Origin: an uncultured archaeon
GTDB lineage: Archaea; Aenigmatarchaeota; Aenigmatarchaeia; CG10238-14; CAZWBF01
DNA: 41,481 nt
Reading direction: 5' to 3'
Assembly: GCA_964632185.1 (NCBI GenBank)
Contig: CAZWBF010000003.1
Location: forward strand, 1-41,481
This document shows positions 27,563 to 36,145 of this stretch, piece by piece. The position numbers were made by a program, and so were the translations under genes. The number at the start of each line of letters is the position of its first letter. Position 1 is the stretch's first letter. The notes beneath the pieces are model-generated. The model ran no database searches. It was given only the letters and a program-made list of their open reading frames with translations, and was not told where the DNA came from.

Positions 27563-28739
27563 AGACTTTAGAAACCTCCTTAAAAATTTTTGGTTCCATA
27601 ATTTTTATTATATTCAATCTATATCTTCTTCTTTGACTAGTATGACTTGGGTTACATTGAGCACAAAAAGTAGGTATTTGCTTCGAAGACATTTTTGTTC
27701 TTAACCATTCAAAATATTTTCCAAACCAAACTTCTTTTAAAGATTTATTCCTAATATTATCTCCACCACTTACTGGAACGTCACATGAAGTTACCCGTCC
27801 ATCACATTTTATTGTCATATGAAACCAAGGTTTATAGCAAGGTACACTCAGAAATTTTTTAAGAAATTTATTTATCTTGATTTTTTCGATTTTTTTTATG
27901 TCAGATTTCACAACCTCATTCATTTTACTACTTTTTTCTATTAATTCTAACTGTAAATTATTTTCAATACCATCAAAATTATTGTTAATATTGAATTTTC
28001 TAGCAAGGGTTCTTGCCTTTTCTAAATATTTAGGAAACTCTTTTATTTCACTTTTACCTAACTTTAGTTTTTTTCCTATTTCTGAATAAACAATTAATGG
28101 GTCGACAAATAAAAACTCTATTTTGTATTTCTTTGCAAGCATAACCATCTTTGGAAGAAGATTATAATTTTTCTTTGAAAGAACCATATTTATGTTTAAT
28201 GTTGGCTTATCTGTTTTATACTTTCTTTTCAATTCATTAAACTTTCTTATAGTGTTTATAACTTTTTTAAATGCTCCTTTTACCCCTCTCAAATAATCAT
28301 GAATCTTTGCGTTTGGCCCATCTATACTAAAATGTATCCTATCCCATCCAATTTTAACAACAGTCTCTATATGCTCTTTTCTCCAGAGTGTACCATTAGT
28401 TGTTATTATTCCAAGCATATCATAGCTTTTTATTTTTTTCATTACAGGAATCGTGTATTGAGGTAAAAACATTGGTTCTCCTCCACCAGCTATGTGCCAT
28501 TCTCTTACATCCATTTCAGCAGCTTCTTCAATTATTTTAAGCCATTTTTCTAATGGCATTTCCAGGTATTTCGAAATCTCATTTAATCTCTCATAATCTG
28601 GAGATGCTCTTCTTGAACAAGAAAGGCATTTGAGATTACATCTTCTATGTAATTCTATATCAATTTTAAATGGATTTTGCTTCTTTCCTTTAAACCAATT
28701 CAAAATTCTTTTATACATTTCATATTCATGTGAATCCAT
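27549..28739 (-). CDS. radical SAM enzyme, family 1 paralog 17
   Basis: CNLKCLSC; AAEMDVREWHIAGGGEP; TTNGTL; CYKPWFHMTIKCDGRVTSC...CAQC. Confidence 0.9.
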   Translation of the reverse strand: MDSHEYEMYKRILNWFKGKKQNPFKIDIELHRRCNLKCLSCSRRASPDYERLNEISKYLEMPLEKWLKIIEEAAEMDVREWHIAGGGEPMFLPQYTIPVMKKIKSYDMLGIITTNGTLWRKEHIETVVKIGWDRIHFSIDGPNAKIHDYLRGVKGAFKKVINTIRKFNELKRKYKTDKPTLNINMVLSKKNYNLLPKMVMLAKKYKIEFLFVDPLIVYSEIGKKLKLGKSEIKEFPKYLEKARTLARKFNINNNFDGIENNLQLELIEKSSKMNEVVKSDIKKIEKIKINKFLKKFLSVPCYKPWFHMTIKCDGRVTSCDVPVSGGDNIRNKSLKEVWFGKYFEWLRTKMSSKQIPTFCAQCNPSHTSQRRRYRLNIIKIMEPKIFKEVSKVYGIV

Positions 28740-29848
28740 TATTTTCTCCTCAAAAATTCTATTAACTTTTCTCTTGTTTTTAATGTTTCAACTAATATAC
28801 CACTTGCACATTTAGAACAAAAACTCGCAAGCTTCCAATTAACCATCTCTTTTCTAAACTTTTCTAAATATCCATTGTACCATATTTCTCTTAGCGAATT
28901 TTCGAAGATAGAATTACATAAGTCTTCATTATCACAAAGCCTACAAGGAGTTACTTTTCCGCTCACTCTTATCTCCATTCCTAACCAAGGATAAAAGCAT
29001 GGGACATTGAGAAATCCTCCTCCCCTTTTCATTTTCTTCATTATTTTTGTCATATCTTTTTTTTCTACAAGAGCTTCGTTTAACCACCAATTAAGATTTG
29101 TTGGAACATTAAGTTTTCTTGAAATCATCAATGCTTTCTTAATTTCTTTTTTCAATTTTGGAATTTCAGATTTTTTTATTTTAATTTTTTCAGTCTCTTT
29201 ATTCCAGACTATTAAAGGCTCGAAATTAACCCCTTCACATCCTACATTTTTCCCAAAAATTACCATTTCGCTAAGTTTAGAAAAATTAACATTAGTCAAT
29301 ACGGCGTGAATTGAATATTTTGGTTTTGATGTTTTATAAACTTTTTTCCAATAATTCAATAGTTCCAAGTTCTTTTTGACTTTTTTGAATGCACCTCTAC
29401 TACCAACCAAATAATCATGAACCTTTGCATTTGGTCCCTCAACAGAAAAAAGAATTTGGTCCCAACCAATTTCAACAATTTTTTTGATCATCTTCGGTGT
29501 AAGTAAAGTACCGTTTGTGGTTACACAGCCATACATATTCAATTCTTTTATCATTCTCATCATTTTCATAACAGTTTTAGGCTTAACAAATGGCTCCCAT
29601 CCGCCAGCTATTTGCCATTCTCTTACATCCATTTCAGCAGCTTCTTCAATTATACGAAAAAGTGTTTTTGAATCTAAAGTTTTTTTATAATTACATGCCT
29701 TAACTCTATTTGCATCTCTTGTCCAGCAAAATTTACATCTCAAGTTACAGCCCGAAGTCGGTTCTATATCAATTTTATAAGGTGGAGCACTTCCATATTT
29801 ATACCACTTATACAATCTTACGATTCTTTCATCTACCATAAATTTCAC
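28739..29848 (-). CDS. radical SAM enzyme, family 1 paralog 18 (GGWEP variant)
   Basis: CNLRCKFC; AAEMDVREWQIAGGWEP; TTNGTL; CFYPWLGMEIRVSGKVTPC...CSKC. Confidence 0.9.
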   Translation of the reverse strand: MKFMVDERIVRLYKWYKYGSAPPYKIDIEPTSGCNLRCKFCWTRDANRVKACNYKKTLDSKTLFRIIEEAAEMDVREWQIAGGWEPFVKPKTVMKMMRMIKELNMYGCVTTNGTLLTPKMIKKIVEIGWDQILFSVEGPNAKVHDYLVGSRGAFKKVKKNLELLNYWKKVYKTSKPKYSIHAVLTNVNFSKLSEMVIFGKNVGCEGVNFEPLIVWNKETEKIKIKKSEIPKLKKEIKKALMISRKLNVPTNLNWWLNEALVEKKDMTKIMKKMKRGGGFLNVPCFYPWLGMEIRVSGKVTPCRLCDNEDLCNSIFENSLREIWYNGYLEKFRKEMVNWKLASFCSKCASGILVETLKTREKLIEFLRRK

Positions 29849-30896
29849 TTCTTAAAATTCCTCTTATTCTTTCATTTTCCAAAAATATTGGTACACAACA
29901 ATTTTTACAGAATTTAAACATTTCCCCCTTTTTTAAAGAATTCCTATATTTCTCAAACTCTTTATACCAAATCTCTTTCAATTTCATAACTTTTACATTC
30001 AATTCACTACTTCCAAAAACAGCACAAGGACCAACTTCTCCATAAGGATTTATTACGATATTGTAAAATGGTTCGTAGCATGGTATTTTCAAAAAATCTT
30101 TATTTGTTTTAAATATTTTTTTCCAAAGTTTCTGGAGGTCTTTTGCTTTGATAGACTGTTTTTTCAGTAAAATTTTAGCATTGGTGAAAATATTTAAGTT
30201 ATTTGCTTTTAACAAAGCCTTTCTAAGATTTCTTTTTACTAAATTTTCTTTGGGTAATAATTTTTTGCCTTCATCTGAGAATATGGTAATTGGTTGAAAA
30301 AGAACTTCAGAAAACCCTAAAGAAGACCCAAGTTCTATCATTTTCTCCAACACTTCAACATTTTTATTTGTTATAACTGTGTTCATCCTTAAGCGGGGGG
30401 AATCTTTTCCATATTTTTCTTTCATAATATTTATCTTTTCGATTCCTTTTAATGTTTTTTCAAAGGCACCATCAACTCCACGTATAAAATCATGTGTATT
30501 CTTGTCTGGACCATCTATACTTATTGTAAGTATGTCCCATTCAAATTTAACAAGTGTTCTAGCAACTTTTTCATCTATTAGAGTTCCGTTTGAAATTAAC
30601 AAACCTTTCCTCTTATTTTTTTTAATTACTTTAATAATTGAAAGAAGTAATTCTTTTCTAATAAATGGTTCTCCACTTCCAGGTATTCTAAATTCTTCTA
30701 TTCCTAGTTTGCAAGCTTCTTTTATCACTCTAATCCAAGTTTTGTCTTCTATTTCCTTTTTATTACTCGAAAAATTCCTTAACCAACACATTTTACATTT
30801 CAAATTACATCTATTTGTTATATTCATTTCTATTGTGTAAGGTGCTGGTTTTTCTGTTTTGGCCCATTTTAAAATCCTCTCTATTTTCTCTTCCAT
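29829..30896 (-). CDS. radical SAM enzyme, family 1 paralog 19
   Basis: MEEKIERILKWAKTEK; CNLKCKMC; IPGSGEP; ISNGTL; CYEPFYNIVINPYGEVGPC...CKNCC. Confidence 0.9.
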   Translation of the reverse strand: MEEKIERILKWAKTEKPAPYTIEMNITNRCNLKCKMCWLRNFSSNKKEIEDKTWIRVIKEACKLGIEEFRIPGSGEPFIRKELLLSIIKVIKKNKRKGLLISNGTLIDEKVARTLVKFEWDILTISIDGPDKNTHDFIRGVDGAFEKTLKGIEKINIMKEKYGKDSPRLRMNTVITNKNVEVLEKMIELGSSLGFSEVLFQPITIFSDEGKKLLPKENLVKRNLRKALLKANNLNIFTNAKILLKKQSIKAKDLQKLWKKIFKTNKDFLKIPCYEPFYNIVINPYGEVGPCAVFGSSELNVKVMKLKEIWYKEFEKYRNSLKKGEMFKFCKNCCVPIFLENERIRGILRSEIYGR

Positions 30897-31963
30897 TATA
30901 ATCCCATCAGCATTTTTCTTAAAGTCCTATTCTCCATTAAAACGACTATACTACATTTGTCACAATAATAAGGAGGGTTTTTTTCTAACATTTTCTTTCT
31001 TAATTTATTAAATAATTTTCCATACCAAACTTCTTTTAAACTTTTATTTTGGATAAATTCTCCTATTTCAAAAGTTGAACAACAACCAGAGAATCCAGAT
31101 GCTTTAATTCCCATTAAATACCAAGGCCTAAAACAAGAAGCCCCAAGAAACCCATTTATCTTTTCAACTTCTTTTAAAAATTTTTTTCTTAGGTTTGTCT
31201 TATCCATTAGTTGAATCTCCAAAAAATCTCTTATATTAGTATCAATTTTAAGTTTTTTTGCAACTCTTTCTCCTTTTCTTACAATTTTTTTAAGTCCTCT
31301 CTTATCTTTTTTTGGTATTTTTAAATCTATCTTAGAATAACCTGGATAGATTGGCTCAAAAAATACTAAATCACTTCCAACTTCATAAGCTAATTCTATC
31401 ATTTCTGGTATAAGTTTATAATTCATTTTATTAATAACCGTATTAAACCCGATATATGGCTTTGATGATTTGCTTTTTTCTCTCAATTCTCTTAAAATGC
31501 TAACATTTTTTGTTATTCTTTTAAAAGAATTTGGGGGGCGAAGAAAGTCATTGATTTTTTCATTAGGCCCATCTATGCTAAATTGAACTTGGTCCCAACC
31601 TATCTTAATTAAAAATTTAGCATCGCTTTCGTTCAATAAAGTACCATTTGTTGTGAGCAATCCCCACATTCCAAACTTTTTAATTTCTTTTAGAATTTTT
31701 AGAGTTGTACTTTTTCTTACAAGTGGCTCTCCACCACCAGAAACTATCCATTCTCTTACATCCATTTCAGCGGCTTCTTTCACTATCTTTAGTAGTCTTT
31801 TTTCTGATAATTCTCTTTTTGTTGGTTTTCGATTCCCCTTTCTCCAACAAAAAATACAATTGAGATTACAGGAGTCTGTTGGATGTAGTTCTATCCTTAC
31901 AGGTCCTACTTTACCCCCATCACTCCAAATTTTCAATCTTTTAGCTATTTCTTCAAGTTCCAT
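30896..31963 (-). CDS. radical SAM enzyme, family 1 paralog 20
   Basis: CNLNCIFC; AAEMDVREWIVSGGGEP; TTNGTL; CFRPWYLMGIKASGFSGCC...CDKC. Confidence 0.9.
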   Translation of the reverse strand: MELEEIAKRLKIWSDGGKVGPVRIELHPTDSCNLNCIFCWRKGNRKPTKRELSEKRLLKIVKEAAEMDVREWIVSGGGEPLVRKSTTLKILKEIKKFGMWGLLTTNGTLLNESDAKFLIKIGWDQVQFSIDGPNEKINDFLRPPNSFKRITKNVSILRELREKSKSSKPYIGFNTVINKMNYKLIPEMIELAYEVGSDLVFFEPIYPGYSKIDLKIPKKDKRGLKKIVRKGERVAKKLKIDTNIRDFLEIQLMDKTNLRKKFLKEVEKINGFLGASCFRPWYLMGIKASGFSGCCSTFEIGEFIQNKSLKEVWYGKLFNKLRKKMLEKNPPYYCDKCSIVVLMENRTLRKMLMGL

Positions 31964-32964
31964 TTCATCATCTCTTCGTACATTTTATTAAACATTTGAG
32001 TGAATTCTGGTAAACAATTTTTACATTCTGGAAAAAACTCTCTTTTTTTCATTCTTTCTCTCATCTTTTCCATTTTTTTACCAAACCATATTTTTTCTAG
32101 ATTTTCAACTTTTCCTAACAAATTATGGTAAAGCGTCGCTAAAGTACAGCAGGCCATTGCTTCTTTACTTGCATTAATAAATAGCATATACCATGGTGCA
32201 AAACAAAACTTAGGTGGTTCATGTTCGTCTAGTCCAAATTCAATTATAGAACTCAGATTTGTTTTGATGTCTAATCCTTCAGATAATTTCAAACTCTTTC
32301 TCAAAATACTGTCAACTACTTTTTTATCTCTTTCTCCTATCCAAAATTCTTTATTTGTTTCCCATTTAAAAAGTCTGGAAAAATTTATATTTTTTATGTT
32401 TAGTTTTTTCGCCAACAAGATGAAATTAGGTATATCTGTAAAATTCTTTCTAGTTATTGTAAAGGTGAGTCTCAATAACGGTTTTTTAGTTTTCATTTCC
32501 TTTTTTATTTTATTGAATTCTTTAATAGTCTTTATACATTTTTCATAAACACCATGACCCCTTATGTAATCATTGATTTCTGGTGAAGAGCCATCTAACG
32601 AAAAATTTATTTCATCCCATCCCATTTCAACAATTTCTTTTACATAATCTTTTTTTACTAATGTACAATTAGTTGTGATCAATCCTTTCATACCCAGAAT
32701 TTTGACTAGTTTCATTATTTTAAGAATATCCTTTCTCATAAAACCCTCACCACCACCAGTAAGGTCAATTATCTCCGTACCCAATTCTTTTGCTTCTCTT
32801 ATTATTTTTTCGAGAAATTCATAGGAGGGTTGATTAAATGTGGCATCTTTCCTCAATCGCCAACAGGTCTTACATTTAAGATTACAATAATCTGTTGGCG
32901 AAATCATAATAATTTTTGGCCCACATTTTTTCTTAGATCTAATTACTTCAAAAATATTTTCCAT
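31945..32964 (-). CDS. radical SAM enzyme, family 1 paralog 21 (most divergent; short N-terminus)
   Basis: CNLKCKTC; LTGGGEG; TTNCTL; SLDGSSPEINDYIRGHG; CFAPWYMLFINASKEAMACC...CKNC. Confidence 0.88.
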   Translation of the reverse strand: MENIFEVIRSKKKCGPKIIMISPTDYCNLKCKTCWRLRKDATFNQPSYEFLEKIIREAKELGTEIIDLTGGGEGFMRKDILKIMKLVKILGMKGLITTNCTLVKKDYVKEIVEMGWDEINFSLDGSSPEINDYIRGHGVYEKCIKTIKEFNKIKKEMKTKKPLLRLTFTITRKNFTDIPNFILLAKKLNIKNINFSRLFKWETNKEFWIGERDKKVVDSILRKSLKLSEGLDIKTNLSSIIEFGLDEHEPPKFCFAPWYMLFINASKEAMACCTLATLYHNLLGKVENLEKIWFGKKMEKMRERMKKREFFPECKNCLPEFTQMFNKMYEEMMKWNLKK

Positions 32965-34041
32965 CTAAACACCATGAAAGAAAATTTTTAACAATTCAGT
33001 TATACTAAATCTTTGATAACAAAGCATCATACAAGGCATCTTACAATTTTTTATCAGATATCTTGTCCTTTTGAACTCTTCACTTTTCCATATCTTCGAA
33101 AGGTTTTTTCCAATTACATTTATATTTGGACCATAATTACAAATGCTAATATTTCCATAGGGGTCTATATTAAGATTAAAATAACCTGCCATGCATTTTC
33201 CCAAATTAAATTTTTCTTTCATTTCAAAGTATTTGGGGATTGCTTTAAGATAATAAACAGAATTGTATATAAAATTAGTATCTTTTCTTTTCAGTACAAC
33301 TAATTCATCTATAATTTTTTTCAACTCTTCTAAATCTTCCTTTTTTACCCAAAGAGGTGAATTATAATCAAATTTTTTAAAAGTGTTATCTAATACGAGA
33401 GATTGGAGAAACCATTGATCTATCCCTATTTTTTTGCCTAGCCAATAAATATCGACTAATTCTCTAAAATTATAAGACATGACAACTGTTGAAAAATCAA
33501 TTTTTAATTCATACCGATTTTTAAATTTTTTCAAAATTTTTGCTGCTTTTATTACTTGATTAAAGTTGCCTTTACCTCGTATGAAATCATGTGTTTCTTT
33601 TTTAGCTCCATCTAGAGATAGAGCGATTCTCTTTAATCCAGCTTCAAGCAATTTTTTACAAACTTTTTTGTTTAAAAGAGTTGCATTTGAAACAATGTTT
33701 GTATAAAAACCAAGAGAATTTGCATATTTAATTAATTCTAATGTATCATTCAACCTCAAAAGAGATTCTCCCCCCACGAAGGATACATATTTAGTATTTT
33801 TCCAGCTTTTTACTTCATTTAAGATTCTTTTCATTTCATTTACGCTTATCTCCTTTCCTTTCTTTGTTAATTTCCAAATATTGCACATTTTGCATTGTAA
33901 TGTACATCTATTTGTCATTTGAAAGTTGATCTCTTTTGGGTAAATTAATGGATAGTTAAGTAAATACGAAAAATAGTATTTGAAATAAGTTTTTGCATTT
34001 TCTAATTTTTTTCTTAAATCCATCCTCTCACTTCTAGCCAA
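32965..34041 (-). CDS. radical SAM enzyme, family 2 paralog (CxxxCxxCNIWK type) with C-terminal auxiliary Cys module
   Basis: NYPLIYPKEINFQMTNRCTLQCKMCNIWK; FVGGESL; VSNATL; LSLDGAKKETHDFIRGKG; CMAGYFNLNIDPYGNISIC...CKMPCMMLC. Confidence 0.9.
   Translation of the reverse strand: MARSERMDLRKKLENAKTYFKYYFSYLLNYPLIYPKEINFQMTNRCTLQCKMCNIWKLTKKGKEISVNEMKRILNEVKSWKNTKYVSFVGGESLLRLNDTLELIKYANSLGFYTNIVSNATLLNKKVCKKLLEAGLKRIALSLDGAKKETHDFIRGKGNFNQVIKAAKILKKFKNRYELKIDFSTVVMSYNFRELVDIYWLGKKIGIDQWFLQSLVLDNTFKKFDYNSPLWVKKEDLEELKKIIDELVVLKRKDTNFIYNSVYYLKAIPKYFEMKEKFNLGKCMAGYFNLNIDPYGNISICNYGPNINVIGKNLSKIWKSEEFKRTRYLIKNCKMPCMMLCYQRFSITELLKIFFHGV
33455..33628. repeat. identical-sequence tracts shared with 34525..34704 (copy A, inside family-2 paralog 32965..34041)
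   Basis: 33455..33495 equals 34525..34565 (41 nt) and 33523..33628 equals 34599..34704 (106 nt), checked base by base. The ~27-33 nt between the two tracts differ. Confidence 0.9.
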
Positions 34042-35117
34042 GCTTCTAAAAGTTCTTTAAAATTAAGTTTTTCATAACAAAGCATTAAACAAGGTTTTTT
34101 ACATTTTTTAATCAAAATTCTTGTCATCTTATATTTTTTACTTTTCCATATCTTTCTCAAACTCTCATTCTTAACATTTAAATTCGGTCCAAGACCACAA
34201 ATGTTAATATTTCCATATGGGTCTATGTTGATATAGCTATATCCAACGATGCATTTTCCAGTCTTAAATTTTTCTTTTTCTTTAAAATATTTGGGTAAAG
34301 ATAATAAATACCTTCTAGTATTTCTTATTTGTCCTGTAATTTTTTTCAATAAAACTAATTTTAAAACTATTTTTTCAAGTTCAGGAATATCTTCTTCTTT
34401 TATCCAGATATCGCTTTCATACGATTTTAAAATTTCTGATTTCCATGTAAATGTATTATCAAGAACAACTGCTTGGTAATTAATAAAATCGAAACCAATC
34501 TTTCTCATTAAATTAAAGATGTCAACTAATTCTCTAAAATTATAAGACATGACAACTGTTGAAAATTCCAATTCTACTTTTTTATTAAGTTTTCTTCGAA
34601 ATTTTTTCAAAATTTTTGCTGCTTTTATTACTTGATTAAAGTTGCCTTTACCTCGTATGAAATCATGTGTTTCTTTTTTAGCTCCATCTAGAGATAGAGC
34701 GATTTTCGAAACATTTGACTCTAAAAGTTTTTTACATAAAGATTTGTTAAGATAAACTCCATTTGTAATAAGATCTACTCTCATATTAGGTTTGTTAGAG
34801 GCATATTTTATAAGCTCTATTACATCTTTAGCTCTTACTAAGGTTTCTCCACCTGCAAAAGAGATATGATCAATACCCCATTCATAAATTTCATCAATAA
34901 GCTTCTTCAATTCTTCTAAAGAAAGTTCTTTATTTACTTCCACTTTCTTTTTCCAGACATTGCACATTATACACCTAAGTGGGCACCTATGTGTGATATC
35001 GAAATTTACTCTCCAAGGCTTACTTAAGGGATAGTTTAAATTATAGGATAACCAATTGAAGGAGTAATCTATTAAAAATTTAAAAATTCCTTCATAGATA
35101 CTCTTCAACTCCATCAC
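34014..35117 (-). CDS. radical SAM enzyme, family 2 paralog
   Basis: NYPLSKPWRVNFDITHRCPLRCIMCNVWK; FAGGETL; ITNGVY; LSLDGAKKETHDFIRGKG; CIVGYSYINIDPYGNINIC...CKKPCLMLC. Confidence 0.9.
   Translation of the reverse strand: MMELKSIYEGIFKFLIDYSFNWLSYNLNYPLSKPWRVNFDITHRCPLRCIMCNVWKKKVEVNKELSLEELKKLIDEIYEWGIDHISFAGGETLVRAKDVIELIKYASNKPNMRVDLITNGVYLNKSLCKKLLESNVSKIALSLDGAKKETHDFIRGKGNFNQVIKAAKILKKFRRKLNKKVELEFSTVVMSYNFRELVDIFNLMRKIGFDFINYQAVVLDNTFTWKSEILKSYESDIWIKEEDIPELEKIVLKLVLLKKITGQIRNTRRYLLSLPKYFKEKEKFKTGKCIVGYSYINIDPYGNINICGLGPNLNVKNESLRKIWKSKKYKMTRILIKKCKKPCLMLCYEKLNFKELLEAWLEVRGWI
34525..34704. repeat. identical-sequence tracts shared with 33455..33628 (copy B, inside family-2 paralog 34014..35117)
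   Basis: Same comparison as copy A. The tracts encode STVVMSYNFRELVDI and LSLDGAKKETHDFIRGKGNFNQVIKAAKILKKF in both proteins. Confidence 0.9.
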
Positions 35118-36145
35118 CTAATTCCAATTTTAATTCTTGGAAAACAAAGCATTAAACAGGGTTTTTTACACCTAAATATTTTTAGTCTTGTTTTTTCAAA
35201 TCTCAGACTATACCATATACTTTTTATCGAATACTCTCTCACATTTAAAGAAGGCCCTTTGCCACAAACATCCACTTCACCATTGGGTTTTATATACATA
35301 TAACTATATCCTGCCATACAGATCCCCTCTCTAAATTTTTCTTTTTTTTCAAAATATTCTGGCATCATTTTTAACATGAAAAGTGGAGTACCTATAATTC
35401 TCTTTTCCCTTTTTATTTTAATCAATTCTTCACATATTTTTCTTAATTTTGAAATGTTTTTCTTTTTGACCCAAAATTCATCGTCTTCATATCTTTTATT
35501 CTTTGTATAAGAAGTATCCAGATTATATGGGTTAAATGAAACCTCATATAATTCTAACTTTTCAACAAGCTCTACAATATCCAGTAATTCATCAATATTT
35601 TTATCATTAACCACAGTAGTTAACGATAATTTTAAATCAGAATTAAATTTTTCTTTTGCTCTTTTTATTTTTTTAATCGAATTCATCACTTTTTTATAAC
35701 ATCCTTTTCCCCTTATATAATCGTTTGTTTTTTCTGTTGCTCCATCAAGAGAAAATTGTAAGTAATCTAACCCAGATAAAACCAAATCTTCAGCAATAGT
35801 TTTATTCACAAGTAAACCATTAGATGTTACATGAGTTATTAAATTCCATTTTTTTGCTAATTTAATACATTCTATAAGATCATCTTTTCTTAGTAATGGT
35901 TCTCCACCTGCAAAACTAACATTTATACCTCCCCATCTTCCAATTTGATTTATAACATTTTTAAGCTCTTCAAGATTCAATTCATTCTCTTCCTTTAATC
36001 CATATTTCCATGTCTCACAAATTTTACATCTTAGATTACATTTATGTGTTAAGCCAAAGTTTATAAAAAGTGGTTTTGTAAAAGGAAAAAAAGTAAGATA
36101 GGAAATAATAAATTTCCATTTTTGAAATTTTGTGAGTTCTTCCAT
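35114..36145 (-). CDS. radical SAM enzyme, family 2 paralog
   Basis: FINFGLTHKCNLRCKICETWK; FAGGEPL; TSNGLL; SLDGATEKTNDYIRGKG; CMAGYSYMYIKPNGEVDVC...CKKPCLMLC. Confidence 0.9.
   Translation of the reverse strand: MEELTKFQKWKFIISYLTFFPFTKPLFINFGLTHKCNLRCKICETWKYGLKEENELNLEELKNVINQIGRWGGINVSFAGGEPLLRKDDLIECIKLAKKWNLITHVTSNGLLVNKTIAEDLVLSGLDYLQFSLDGATEKTNDYIRGKGCYKKVMNSIKKIKRAKEKFNSDLKLSLTTVVNDKNIDELLDIVELVEKLELYEVSFNPYNLDTSYTKNKRYEDDEFWVKKKNISKLRKICEELIKIKREKRIIGTPLFMLKMMPEYFEKKEKFREGICMAGYSYMYIKPNGEVDVCGKGPSLNVREYSIKSIWYSLRFEKTRLKIFRCKKPCLMLCFPRIKIGIR

Noticed and set aside
7232-36145. Interpretation as a RiPP (sactipeptide/ranthipeptide-like) biosynthetic cluster
   Set aside because: SPASM/twitch rSAMs often mature peptides. 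Here, however, intergenic gaps are 0-112 nt, no short precursor-like ORFs are left unexplained, no RRE/PqqD-like domain fits in the ~30-aa N-termini, and no peptidase or RiPP-type exporter is present. I keep this only as a minor alternative via the Cys-rich protein at 15470-16042.
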